Source of the DNA: Negaprion brevirostris
Taxonomy: Eukaryota
Length of the DNA: 64,000 bases
Reading direction: 5' to 3'
NCBI GenBank assembly: GCA_030324005.1
Contig: JARDVH010000132.1
Location: 91,635,905-91,699,904 of the forward strand
The notes under the pieces were generated by a model. The model saw only the letters and a program-made list of their open reading frames with translations, was not told the DNA's origin and made no database searches. Each line of letters opens with the position of its first letter. Position 1 is the stretch's first letter. Shown piece after piece: positions 35,249-47,569 of the stretch. The translations under genes and the position numbers were made by a program.

Positions 35249-37334
35249 TTCTATTAAAATGCTGCGCTTCTCTATGATAATCAACCGTATGGCCCTTTCT
35301 CTCCCGTGTCTATTCGCTGGCATACTCACTAACTGTCTCCCAAACTTCATCCCCCTTCAGAGTCAGGGCACCTTTTCCATCATACGCAATTCATTTATTT
35401 CACATTTTTAATAGATAAGACAGGAACTCAGAGCGAATATCATCAGGTTTCAGTGAGGTTAACGCTGGCTGCTTCAAGCAAGTTGAACTTAAAGTCAAAT
35501 GGGACAAGTTTTCTGCTTATGGCAAAGGCCTGCGGGTTTTTAAAGAAGCCTTTAAAGCAATGTTAAATGTTACATCTAAACACTGACCTTTTCACCTTGA
35601 ATGGCTCATTTACATACATGTAAACACAGCGCCCTCCCAATGACAGTCATTGTCATCAGCTAGCTTTGCTTGAGATTTTACAACAAATCATTTACTAATT
35701 TCACATAAATATACTCGATCAAGTGAAGTGTGAAAAAAAGAAAAAAAAGATGATCAAATCAACATTCTGAACTAATCTCCTAATATCGCTTAGAGTGAGC
35801 AAAACGCTGACACCGCGTGACCAGAATGTCACTGACATTTGCTTCAGAATCAACATGATTAGATGCAGTTTGGTGTCAATAGCAAAAGTCGATGGTGTTT
35901 TAGGGCACGGCGGCCATATCAAGGGAGACGTCTGCTATAGAGCTGTCTGCCTCTGGAAGATGGTAGCCGATGCAAAAGAACTTCAAAGAAGCCTCCAACT
36001 TCTGCCTTATTTGATACTCAGCGTTTCCAGTATCACTTTCTATTGACCAAAGGAAACCGCTTGGGCAGAGTCAAAACTCAGAAACAAGGAAGCAATATCT
36101 TTCCTGCACACACATCTAATACTTTCCGAACTGTTGGAGTGGATGTTTAGTTTGCCATCCACTCTCTTAATTGCAATACGTTAAAGACACTTTTAGAGTT
36201 TAAAAGATATGAAAAGCAGTGGTAAGACAACTTCAGACAAAAGGCAAAACTAAAGACTAACATTTATATGGCGCCTCTCACTACCTTCGGAGGCCCGATT
36301 GAAGTAGTTTTGAAGTGTGAAGTAGCCAGAAAATGAAATGAATCTAAATAGCCTGGATATACAAGTTTCGAAGTCGAACATTTTAGATGTTCTGCAATAT
36401 TTCATTTCTAAAAGTTCAATTGGAGTTATGAGGGGCTTCCATTCAAACTCTTACAATGTGTTTGGGTCAGATATCATGAAATTTCAAGGTCCCCGCTATT
36501 ACCTAGGGCATAATGCCTCGCCATCTGTTGCTCGTGTTTAGGTGTAAAATTCAATCGCCCTAGAATGCATTTGCTTTCTCACTCGGCGCATCACAATCCT
36601 CGTTACTATAAGCATTCAGTACTACCTGATGGAAAAAGAGGGAAACAGTTTCTTCCTTGCCTTTTCGGACCCCATCAATTCATGTACCGCTCAGTTCATA
36701 TATATCTTGGAAGGTGAAAGTTTTTTTAAAAAAAACGACGATAGGTGCACGGTAGCCTTGAGATCACTTATGATTTACTGATAACATGACATCAGATTGC
36801 AGCAGATCTTAACTGCGCTTTCAAAGCTTTCAAGTTGAGGTGGAATTTATATTCAGAAAGAATCATGGTGACAATCGAAACTTGCCGTAATATCCTTTGG
36901 AAAACGGATTCAATCATCTAATATCTAACACCGAATGTTGAATGAGTTCGATTTTGTTAGGATTTTATTCTGATTTCCCCTGTACGAGCGCGTTATCATT
37001 CTATTAACCCTTGGAAACACACTTTACATCACAACACATATATATAGACTTGATCTACCATGAATGCGGTTACCTTCGTCGAAGGTTTTTCAAAATAATA
37101 AATCAGCGGTTTAGCTGGAATATCTCACCCTAAAATGAGATGATTGCTCGCAATGTTCATTCCATTCGTAGATGCACCCTATTGGATTTACCTTTTCCAA
37201 TGTAGAGTCTCTGCATTTTCCTCCAGGGCAATCAGATTAACGCTGATCAATATTTACTCAGTGTGAAAGGCTGACTGAAAACTCCACAGCTAAGAAACTG
37301 TTCCACTCTGCCTGGCCAGCCTTGCTTAATTTCC

Positions 37335-37351
37335 AGTTCACCCAAAGTTCA
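37335..37351 (+). promoter_or_regulatory. HoxA1 3' DR5 retinoic acid response element
   Basis: AGTTCA-cccaa-AGTTCA about 3 kb 3' of the stop; equivalent to the mammalian Hoxa1 3' RARE (GGTTCA-ccgaa-AGTTCA). Confidence 0.9.
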
Positions 37352-38182
37352 AGCCGAAATTAATTCAGCGTTGGGGTCATTTTCAAATGAATCCTCCCCG
37401 TTTCTGCTCGAGGTGAGGGAGGCCAGTTGCAAACTCCAGACATTTTCCTTACACCAGCCATCGTGTAAGCAAACGACGCATAATTACAAAAAAACCACTC
37501 AGAATCCACACCAAAATGTAGGGTATTAAGCAAATTGTTATCCTTGTTTGAGGTCAAAGTTCATTCTATCACTGAATAAATGAATATTTAATTATACTTT
37601 ATTGCCCCATTCTAATGACAGGTCACGTTCTGAGTAATCTTCTCTATAAACATTGACGTCCTAATCGATACAGGGTTTAGTTTTATGACAAAACGGAGAC
37701 AGAAATGGTCAGCCACTATTGCAGCATTGAAGAGACTTTTGTCAGTTGATATTGTTTTAATATAACGATTTACTTCGTTGAAAGGTAGCAAATTGCAATA
37801 CAATCCTGAGTTAATTAGTATTCATAAAGGTTTCAACGACAACCTACAATCAAACCCGAGTAGATTGCTAAAAAAAAGTTATCAGAAACGTTTACATACC
37901 ATACTGGGACCAATTTCCCCAGACTTCACGTTTGCGAACGTTTAGTGTCCGTCTAATTTTCGCGGTTACTAACATTCTGAAATATTTGCCGGGATTTTCC
38001 GTACTTGCAACATGTCAGCGATGAGAGTTAGCATGAAGTAAATGCAGTACTTTGTAAGTTTATGTAAAGGGTCGAACAATATTCAAAACGGGTAATAAAA
38101 CAGCTCGATGAGCGACGCTTTCTAAAAATCAGCTCATATTGAGTCGATCTGGTTTAAAATATATATTTCAGTGAACCAGTTA

Positions 38183-38335
38183 TACATAGAAATATACATA
38201 GAAAATAGAAGCACGGGTAGGCCATTCGGCCCTTCGAGCTCGCTCCGCCATTCATTATGACTACGTCTAATCCTCAAATTCAATACCCTGATCCCACCTT
38301 CCCTCCGTGTCCCTTGATCCTTTAGCCCCAATGTT
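38183..38335 (-). mobile_element. CR1 LINE 3' terminal fragment
   Basis: The plus strand shows repeated acatagaa units followed by ggccattcggcccttcgag..., the reverse complement of a CR1-type 3' tail (cgaagggccgaatggcctac...ttctatgt). Confidence 0.75.
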
Positions 38336-41300
38336 TCTTGAACGCAATACAATTATGCTGCAAATACCAGTGAACGACCTCTACCTAAAATAATCAGTTT
38401 TTTTAACTCGCAACCATTACCACCGGACAAATGTATTAGCTGAGGTAGTTTGACAGGATGAAGAAAAGTTTGAAATGAATTGCACACATAAGACGACGAG
38501 GATAATATTAAGGAAATATCTTTTGGATGGGGGAGGAGTACATTTCAATTGCTAATAAGACAAGTAGTTGTGGGCAAAATATTTACGTCTCATCAGGAAA
38601 CGTGCAGGATAGATTGAAATTGAACAGAGGGAATACTATCAAGATCTGGATTATCAAAGCAGAGTTTAAAAAGTGCAGAATATATTCAAATCAGTTTCTC
38701 TCTTTTCAATAATTCCAAGTTCACAAATTAATTCAAGTTTACGTTTAAACAGTTTCAAGCACACACTTGATTCCAAAAGCGAGGTCTCACATGTTCCTGG
38801 GATCAGGAGACTAACAAAGTCTTACACGCTCAGGAAGAGATTGTAACTCTCTTCGTGGATTATGAGGAATTAGATAAAAGGAATTCGGGAATTTTTGTGG
38901 GCCTCGTTTGAAACGGTTCCAATATTTATCAATGTAGGTCGACATTGTTTGATTGAGTCAGGGAGTCGCTGCTGTTGCCCAGAACCTTTTGTTAAAAAAA
39001 AGTAATGCGCGCTTCTTGTTTTCATACATTCACTTTAATAACAACAGACATGAACTATTCAGCAAGTACAGTATTAATCTACACCATAAGAGAGCAATTT
39101 GTTTCGAAATAATTAACTGCGTCTATTCACAGGACTATCCAAGTTTTGACCTTTTGATAGTTTTGCCCATAAGGTTAAACAAACGTACTTCGGGTTTGTA
39201 AGGGCCGATTCATCATTTTAAGAGGCCACGCCATGAAGTTAGCGATGCAATAGCTGCTCTTGAGTGATATCTATTATTTTACACTGGGAAACAATAGTCC
39301 AGATCAACATTGCATTCAAAATAATCAAGGAATCAAGTACGGAGATACAGAATTTTCTAAAAAGCCTAAGTGCATTTACAAATCAACACCTATTCATATT
39401 TTGTCTCTCCTGTCGATGCATATACATTGCTAATCAAAAGTAGGAGTGTTCAAACAAGCTCTACAACCACTTGTACGCAGCGCCTTGCCGAACATTCATG
39501 TTGACGAAGATGGCATTTTTGAAGTGCGTTCGGAACTTCCTTCATTTACTGATAAAAGATGTAAAATTTATTCCATCATTTCTGTAATATTCGTGAATAT
39601 GGTCACATTTGCTTATACCTATCTACGTACAACCACAATATCGGTCTGTCTCTTGTCCTGTAACATTAATGCACAGTTTTCAAATCCAATAATATTGATC
39701 GTTAATTTAAACATAATTTTCACAGTTAATACCAGGAAGTATGGAGAGGGGAAATCGATATCAGCCAGAATAGCAAATCATATGCACAGTATTCAGCGAT
39801 ACTTCACATAACCGCACGGTTCACAGCAGAGCCCTGCCGTATAAAATCACATCCTCAAAAGCGTTCTCCGCAAAATGAAGACACAACGCTTAGACGGAAA
39901 ACAGAATTAGAAATAATTTAAGATTATGTTTCGTTCCGTTGATGTTAACAGAAACAAGCAAGTCTTCGCTCATTGTGAGATGAGTGGGGGAAAACACTTC
40001 TTGCGGCATTACTCTGAAACTGGGATCTTTCGATAGTCCCGTTATCAATTAGCCCTGAATCTTTATTTGTCATTTCAGCGCCATGATGTAGGATGTAGAG
40101 GAGACACATCTCTTGATCAAAACTTTTCTACGAACTTAAAACTATATTTAAAGCTTTCGAAAGTAATTTTGAAAATATTGAGACGGACACAGCAGAAGAA
40201 AATGCTAAGAGAATGTTTACTATGGGCTTTGTATAGGTGTTTTAGAGAAGCTCATTCTTAGCATCATTTCAGCAAGAATAGCACTGCCGTTAAACCAATT
40301 CACAAGATTAGAGAATAAAAGCAGATGACCCGATCTGTTAGATATTTCAGGCTGGAGATGCCTTGTCATGTGACAGCGGGATTAAGCTTTTGGAACAAAT
40401 TCTTGTCATTCGGGATATGTTATCATGAAATGGTCACAGCACACAATATTCCATTCAGGCTTATGCTGTAAATTCCCCATATTGCACAATTTCCAAACGC
40501 TGCAATCTACCTGTCGGTTCTGTCCAATTCCACCATATATGCTGCCCCTTCAGCTAAAATTGGAAAAAAAAGTATTAACTGAATAAATAAATCAAACCTT
40601 CGTGCAAACTAAATAATTATTTCAAAAGATGGGATTCCAATTATTTCTGAAAATCAAGCTGTCCCCTGACTTCCTTCTTTGAAAATTACACAAGTCAAAA
40701 AATCACCAACACATATAACAAATGCAAGCCTTTCTTAATATCCATTGTTTAAAATGCGCTAAATGTGAATGACTGTATTCAGGCCCGCGCTCTGTATGCC
40801 TTAGCCCTAAGCACCATCCTGCAGGAAAATCTCATGCAATGAATGCAGGATTAATTTAAAATATCTCCGGTTGAAAATTATGAATTCATGATGAGCGACC
40901 AATAGCCTGGTCGTTCCTAAATAGTTATCCATTGGTATCCGGTTTGGCCGCCGGGTTCTTGGCTGTTATAAAGTAGTCATAAAAGTTTCGCCTGGAGTTG
41001 CGGTAGATCGCGGGGGAAGAGAGGCGATGGTACTTCTTCAATCTAGACTTATTCACAATCTTAACTGCTGTTCTTGCTTTAGTTCGGCGCCTGGACCGCA
41101 GCTTTCACCGCTCTCACTTGCACTCGTTTAGAACCTACAGCATCACAAATAATTTGTTCTGCCGTTTTTACAAAGAAAAAAATCCTCTAAAAATACACTT
41201 TTTTCCTCCTCCGTCTGCCTTAGAATTGTGTTCAACTACAAGATTAGGAGAGAAATATTTTAAAAAAGGTACTGATGCTGCATTGAGCTCCGAAGGAAAT

Positions 41301-42234
41301 CGATGGCATTTACATAGATGGAGCACTCGGTTTAATACACACCGTTTAGGGATATTAACTGGTGATCAACTTGAATGGGTATGTTGGATTGTTTTGCAGT
41401 GTATCTGCAAATTGTTTACCTTTTAAATGTTTCAAGCCTATTCTTCATTTTGAAAAAAATCCAAACGTTTATATAATAATAATCCTCCACCCAGATCTTC
41501 CCGTCGACTTCAAAGATAGTTTCGTACATTGAAGGAAATATCAGTGCGATCTGCCCAGAGCTACTTTGAAGTACTTTGTAAGCACTTTAGACATATGCCA
41601 TATTCTGTATATAGCACGTCCTAATATTCACCGTCAAAACGTGTGCGCGGTTGACTTTAAAATATGTAAGATTTATGCAAACGTCCACAATCAATAATTC
41701 AATGATAAGGGCGTAGGAATGAAAGTAAGCTTTATAAATTAGAACTCGGTGAGTTCATTAACTTTGTCATCAGACCTAACATGTGCCCTTTAAAAATAAG
41801 GTGAAGCATTGTGGAGAACAGAATATTCATTACGAAGTATATTTTGCAAAAAGGCATAAATCTGAAAGATTTTTTTCTCTTATCCGTGCATAACTTGTAT
41901 CCAAGTGCGAGGTTGTTGTCAATATTTTTTCCTAGCCCTGGGTGCCAATCAGTATTTAAACTGAACTATCAAGCTGGTATATAGTACATACCTGAGGGAA
42001 TGGCCTGAGAGAAATTACAATTCATTGTAGGGGCTCAAATGGCACCGAACAACAAAAAGATGACTGACTTGGTTTTCAGCATAATTGAAGCCTAGTGTTG
42101 AAGTACAATAGGTAGTTATAGTAGATAGAGGTTAAATTACTGAGGAAGGAGTGGGGGTGGGGTGGGGTGGGAGGGGAAACCTGGAAAGGGCATTCAAAAG
42201 CAATGAGAAAATTGTTGACCAAAAAAAAAAAATT

Positions 42235-42320
42235 TCACGTGCTGAAAATCTGAAACAAAGACTGAAAATGCTGGAAAAACTCAGAGTCTGGAGAAAGAGA
42301 AACAGAGTTAATGCTCCAAG
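42235..42320 (-). mobile_element. Penelope-type terminal repeat fragment
   Basis: gctgaaaatctgaaacaaagactgaaaatgctggaaaaactcag...gagaaacagagttaa matches the repeats at 20770 and 44910. Confidence 0.65.
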
Positions 42321-42544
42321 GCCATACGGCACTCCAGTATTGTGGAGGATGTATAATGGAGTCGCAAAATAGATATCTGGGTAAAAATCTTGTCACTGAG
42401 GGATAGAGAGCTGACCAATGATAATGGGACCTTTGTGACTAGGGTGACATATGAGAAAAACTGAAAATAATTCAAGTTGAAGGTACAACTTTAAAGCATT
42501 TTTCACAAAACACATGACTTCATAGCATAGCTAGAAATAAATGG

Positions 42545-42830
42545 AGTTGATTTAAAAACATTTATGTAAACATAGTTGCACAGTGACCAATCCTTGGGGG
42601 ACCGTAGACGTGATGATACATGATGGGAGTCCAACTGATTGTCTGGTTACAATTGTCTAGAAAAGAATGGAACCAGATGTGTGTAGTCCCACCCAATTGG
42701 ATGACAGTGTGGAGATTTTTGAGGAGAATAGTGTAGTCAGACATGTCAAAGATTACAGATAGGTCAAGAAATATGAGAATGGATGTATTGAAATCATTGT
42801 CTTTAGTCCCCATCGTAAACACTATTCAAT
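42545..42830 (-). mobile_element. L2-like LINE reverse transcriptase fragment
   Basis: ORF 42562-42822 reads ILIFLDLSVIFDMSDYTILL...GTTHIWFHSFL...NQ, a decayed LLDLSAAFDTVDH...WF.SYL motif. Confidence 0.7.
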
Positions 42831-42934
42831 TGTCACTAACACTATTCATTTCTCTGGCAAATATCTGAGCCTAAGCGTGGTGCCATCTTTTCTCTAAATT
42901 AAGCTTCTGACCACATTTGTGCCATCACTTTGAC

Positions 42935-43350
42935 TTTCTATTTCTATCTCCATAACACTGCTTTACTTTGCCCTGCTCACCTGCTACTGTCTGACCTTTG
43001 TCACCTCTGAATTTGACTACTTCAACATATTCCTGGCCAACCTCCTGCCTTCCACTCTCCATAAACTTGAGGTCATCCAAAACTCAATGCCCACATCCTA
43101 ACTTGCACCAGCCTTAAGCTGTCTAGGCTCTATATTCTGGAAATTTCTTCTTAAATGTCTCTGCCTTATTACCTGTCTTTCCTCCTTGAAGGCAATCTTA
43201 AAATCCACCCCTTTGACCAAGTTTTAGGTCATCTGCCCTGATACCTCCTAAGGTGGCTTTGAGTCAAATTTTACTTTAAAACACTCTTTTCAAGTGTCTT
43301 GGGATGTCTTATATTAAAGGTGATATGTAAATATGATTTGTAGTTTTATC
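42935..43350 (+). mobile_element. L2-like LINE 3' end
   Basis: Decayed FVTS.LDY.N.LLA.LP...KL..IQN coding, then a typical tail cttgggatgt...ttaaaggtgatatgtaaat...gtagtt. Confidence 0.6.
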
Positions 43351-43369
43351 AAAAGTGGATGTAACAAGG

Positions 43370-44900
43370 GAAATGCAGCAAGTATGGAAGATTTTAATCC
43401 TGACAAAGACTGTGCGATCCAAATAACATTGTGGGGACAACTTAATGGATTGCATTCAAAATTGTTCTCTAGATCAGACTGTCAAGGAACCAACTAGGTA
43501 ACTGGCTATTTTGGATCTAGTTTTATGCAAAGAGAAAAGGTTTATTAATAACTATTTAGTCAATGAATCCCTGGGAGAACAGTGACCATACTACGGTAGA
43601 ATTTTTTATTGAGTGCTTATACTTTTATATGAAACTAGAATTTTAAAGCTGAATAAAACAAACTAGGTAGGCATGAGGGGCAAGTTTGCGAGAGTAGATT
43701 GTGAAAATAGATTTTAAGATGGAATGGCACATCTGCAATGGCAAACATTTAAGAATCAATTCATCATTTGCAATGATACATTGCCTTAAGGAATAAAAAA
43801 TACCTACAGAAAAAGTGGTCCAAGCTAATAAGAGGGGTTAAAGATGGTATTCAATTAAAGGAAGAGGTTTATAATGTTCCCATGGAGAATAGTAAGCCTG
43901 AATGTTGGAGATTTTGAAATTCAGCAAATGACGACAAAGAAATCGATAAAGAATGAGAAAATAGGAAAAAGGGCAAACTAGCAAGAGACATAAAAACAGA
44001 TTGCCNNNNNNNNTAAAGGTATGCATAATAGAAGAGATTAACAAAAAAAGAAAATATTATAGGCAAAAATAGATGAAATCATAAGAGGTAATAAGGAAGT
44101 AGCAGTGACACTAAACGAATACTTTGTATTTGTCTTCACAGTATAAGTGAGAAAAAACATTCTGAAACCAGTGGTGAGCCACGGGACAAGTGAAAATCAG
44201 CAACCTAAGGATATTATCATTAATAAAGAATTAATATTGGAAAAATCTAATGGGACTTAACACTGATGTATCCCCTAGACCTAATGGTCTACAACATAAT
44301 AGATTGTTGAGGATATAGAAGATGCATTGATTTGGATCTTCCAGGATTCCCCAAATTCTAGAAGGGTTTTCATGGATTGGAAGGTAGGAAATATAATCCC
44401 ATGATTCAAGAAAGGATAGGGAAATTAAAGTGAGAACTATAGACCAATTAGTCTGACATCAGTGATAGAAAATGCTAGAGTTTATTATTAGAGCCATGAT
44501 GACAAGCACTTAGAAAATCTTAGAGCTTAGAAATTTTTGAAATTGTAACCAGGAGGACAGATAGAAGGGGAATCAGTAGATGCATTTGGCATTCCAAAAA
44601 GCAATGAAAAAGGTGTCACAAAGGAGGGTATTACCTAAAATTAGGGCCCATTAGATTGCGGTATTAGCATGGATTGAGGTTCAGTTAATGGGCAGAAAAC
44701 AATGATTAGGAATAAATAGGTTATTTTTGGGATGGCAGGCTGTAACCAATGGAGTAGCACAATGATCAGGGCCATAGCTGTTTACAATCTATATCAATTA
44801 TTTACATAAGTATAATAGATCTAAATTTGCTGACAATACAAAGGTAGGAATGTCAGCTGTAAGGAGGATGCAAAGAGGCTGCAAAAAGATTTAAAAGCTA
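43370..44900 (+). mobile_element. Decayed CR1 LINE ORF2 (endonuclease to RT)
   Basis: Relics of DFN, LDL and SDH (agtgaccat, about 43581), NYRPISLTS (aactatagaccaattagtctgacatca, about 44435) and KFADNTK (about 44823), with many stops and frameshifts. Confidence 0.8.
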
Positions 44901-44904
44901 AGCA

Positions 44905-45760
44905 CCATGAACGCTGAAAATCTGCAATAAAAACAGAAAATGCTGGTATTATTCATCAGGTCTGGTGCCATTTGTGGAGAGAGAAACAAAGTTAACATTT
45001 CAGGTCTGCAACCTTGCTTCAAAATGGAGAAAAGTTAGAAATATAATAGTTTCTGAGAAAGTAAAAGGTAAAGCGATAGGAAGAAGAACCAAAGAGAAGG
45101 CCTGTGACAGGGTGGATAGCCGGAGAGGTTAAATGACCAAAGGTTTCATGATATAAGGCCAACGAGAATGGTAATTGGACAAGAAGCAAAAGCTGTATAT
45201 AGAGGAGGTACAATTGGCAGGATTGTGAATAGTTGGTTTCTGAAAGCAACGTAAAGGAAATAAGAGACAAATGAGAAATCAAGAGAAAAACAAACCAGCA
45301 TAAAAAAAACATGGAAAAAGGTTATGATCAAAATTTGTTGAACTCATTATTGAGTTCAGAAGGTTGAAAAGTGCCCAATCAAAAGACAAGGAGCTGTATC
45401 TCGAGTTTGTGCTGAACTTCATTGAAACAGTAGAAACAGGAAGCACAGATTAAAAGCAAAGTGGAGAACTAAAATGTCAGGCAACCAGAAATTCAGGGAT
45501 CAGACTTATGGACTGAACGGAGGTACTCAGCAAAGTGGTCATCTAATCTACATTTTGTATCCCCATTGTAGAGGAGATCAAGACCACATGAATAGTAAAT
45601 ACTATGTACCAAATTGTAAGGAATACAAATAAATTGCAGTTTCAACTGGAAGGATTATTTGGGTCCTGGGATAGTAAGGGAAGGGAGGAGATAAAGGGAG
45701 GAATGGTATAGCTCCTGCTCTGTCATGGAGAGGTGCTTCAGAAAGTGAGAGCTACTGAGT
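44905..45760 (-). mobile_element. Penelope-like element 3' part (GIY-YIG endonuclease relic plus terminal repeat)
   Basis: The minus strand from about 45576 translates LLYNGDTKCRLDDHFAEYLRSVHK, a decayed LYIGETKRRL..RF.EH motif. The terminal repeat sits at 44905-45025. Confidence 0.75.
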
Positions 45761-45953
45761 ATTTCCATAATTTTCCATTTGTACCTGCAGTCTTTTGCTT
45801 TCGTATAAGTGTTCAACTCACTATCACTTCTTCTCCAGGAATGCTCACTGTGAATAAATTCTGCTCTTCTCTCTTAAGGATTTCCATTTTCTCATCTATC
45901 TTTTCACCTTCATTGCTTTCTATTTCTCTTTGTGTTTGATCAGGTTCAGGAAA

Positions 45954-46281
45954 GGCAGTGATACAGTGGTATTGTCACTGGACAAGTAATCCAGAGACCC
46001 AGGTTCAAATCCTGTCATGGCAGATAGTGAAATTTGAATTCAATAATAATCTGGAATTAAAAGTTTGATGATGACCATGAAATCATTGTCAATTATCATA
46101 AATCCATCTGGTGTTTTAGGGAAGGAAATTTGCAGTTCATTCCTGGTCTGGCCTATGTGTGATTCCAGATCCACAGCAATGTGGTTGACTCTCAAAGTGC
46201 CCTCTGAAATGGAGAGCAGCCAGCAGATATAAATGCTGGCCCAGCCACAAAGCTCATGTTCTGAGAAATGAATACAAAAAA
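45954..46281 (+). mobile_element. tRNA-derived SINE
   Basis: Pol III A-box-like TGATACAGTGG, B box GGTTCAAATCC (46002-46012), about 330 nt long, A-rich tail. Confidence 0.8.
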
Positions 46282-46349
46282 GATATTTTGCCACATTTCT
46301 TTCCTGGAGGCAAATGTCTCCAGCTCTGAATGAAATATTGAAATTCCTC

Positions 46350-47260
46350 CTTTCATTTCTCTGACCCACCCATGATTATAGATGTCTGCTAGACATTTCT
46401 CAAACTGCTGTTCTCACATTCAATGCCATGTATCATAGTTTGGATCTCTTTTTCTCAATAACACTATCTCACTCTATCTCAATGATGTCCTGGTTCATAG
46501 GTTCATTTTATCCTTAGACTCATCCTGCACTTTAATGAAAAATGTTCGATCTTCTTTTCAGGTGTAAAGGATCTTAAACATCAGGAGTACCAACGCCCCT
46601 CTGGACCATCCTTTCTTTTTACTTATACCTTTTTAGGCTCTATTATCCTTCCAATCTCATCTTTGTATTCATCGTTGTCTTTGACCTTCCCCTCTCTGAT
46701 CCTAAATGATTTGTCCTTAACAAATGCCTCAACGTCTTTCCCTTATACCCCAATTTCAATGACTTTTGAGCTCAACATGAAGTTGCATTTCTCCATTTCA
46801 TTGCCAGGAGTCTGTCCCCACTCAGCAGGAGCTTCTGCTTAAATCTAGTTTCCTCTCTCCAACTGGATCTTTCCCTTTAGCCTCTTACCCTCTCTAGGTC
46901 ATTTCACGGACAATTGGCAATGATATCAGCAGTCTGTTTCTCTGCTGCCCTCACTCGCTGAAACCTATCTCTCTGAGCCTGCAGCAATCAGCTCTTTCAG
47001 GTCCAATCCCAACATTTTCATCAAACCAGATTGTTGTCTGATGTGCTGATGTCCACCTAGCATAGACTGAATGCCAACTCTCTAACACTATCTCTTACTT
47101 CCTCTTGGACCAAGACCAACCCTGACCATCAAGTCATTGTTTCCAGGCTGTCACTGATCTCATCTCCTCCAAAGGAATTCTATTTGTAAACCCCAAAGTG
47201 TGTGCTTTGACCTACTTCCAAGATCCACAAACAGGACTGTGCTGGTAGATCCCTATTTTA
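46350..47260 (+). mobile_element. Decayed Penelope-like ORF, N-terminal / pre-RT region
   Basis: Pyrimidine-rich strand with relics of IKP(ADKG)...VV W..D..LA...QLS.T.SY near 47018-47100; heavily disrupted. Confidence 0.5.
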
Positions 47261-47269
47261 ATTTGGTAC

Positions 47270-47550
47270 ATACTATAAAACTATAAGAAATAACAAATGG
47301 AGGGGCCTCTCAAACCTCCTCTGTGATTCTATAAGATCACAGCTGATCTAACTGTGGCCTTAACTCTATCAGCCTGCCTATCCCCCAAGCATACCCCTCC
47401 CCACCTCCAACCACCACCACCACCACCGTGATCCTTGACTCCATCGTACATCAAGAATCTGCCTAATTCAGAATGACTGAGCTTCCACTGCTCTCTGGAG
47501 TAGAGAATGCCAAAGATAAATGAATCTCTGAGAAAGGTTTCTCTTTGCAG
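47270..47550 (-). mobile_element. CR1 LINE 3' fragment, decayed
   Basis: ataagaaata...aagatcacagctgatc...ccttgactcc...ccactgctctctggagtagagaatgccaaagat is the reverse complement of a CR1 3' end. Confidence 0.6.
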
Positions 47551-47569
47551 TAACTCAAGATGAATTGAT

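Noticed and set aside
40535-40830. CTCF-like strings (gctgccccttcagc; gcaccatcctgcagg) near the domain edge
   Set aside because: Too many mismatches or a gap relative to the core motif; cannot be supported without a PWM scan or ChIP.
1-42000. Hox-embedded miRNA hairpin (miR-10 or miR-196)
   Set aside because: I saw no mature miR-10 or miR-196 sequence; the expected positions are 5' of Hox4 or near Hox9/10, outside this window.
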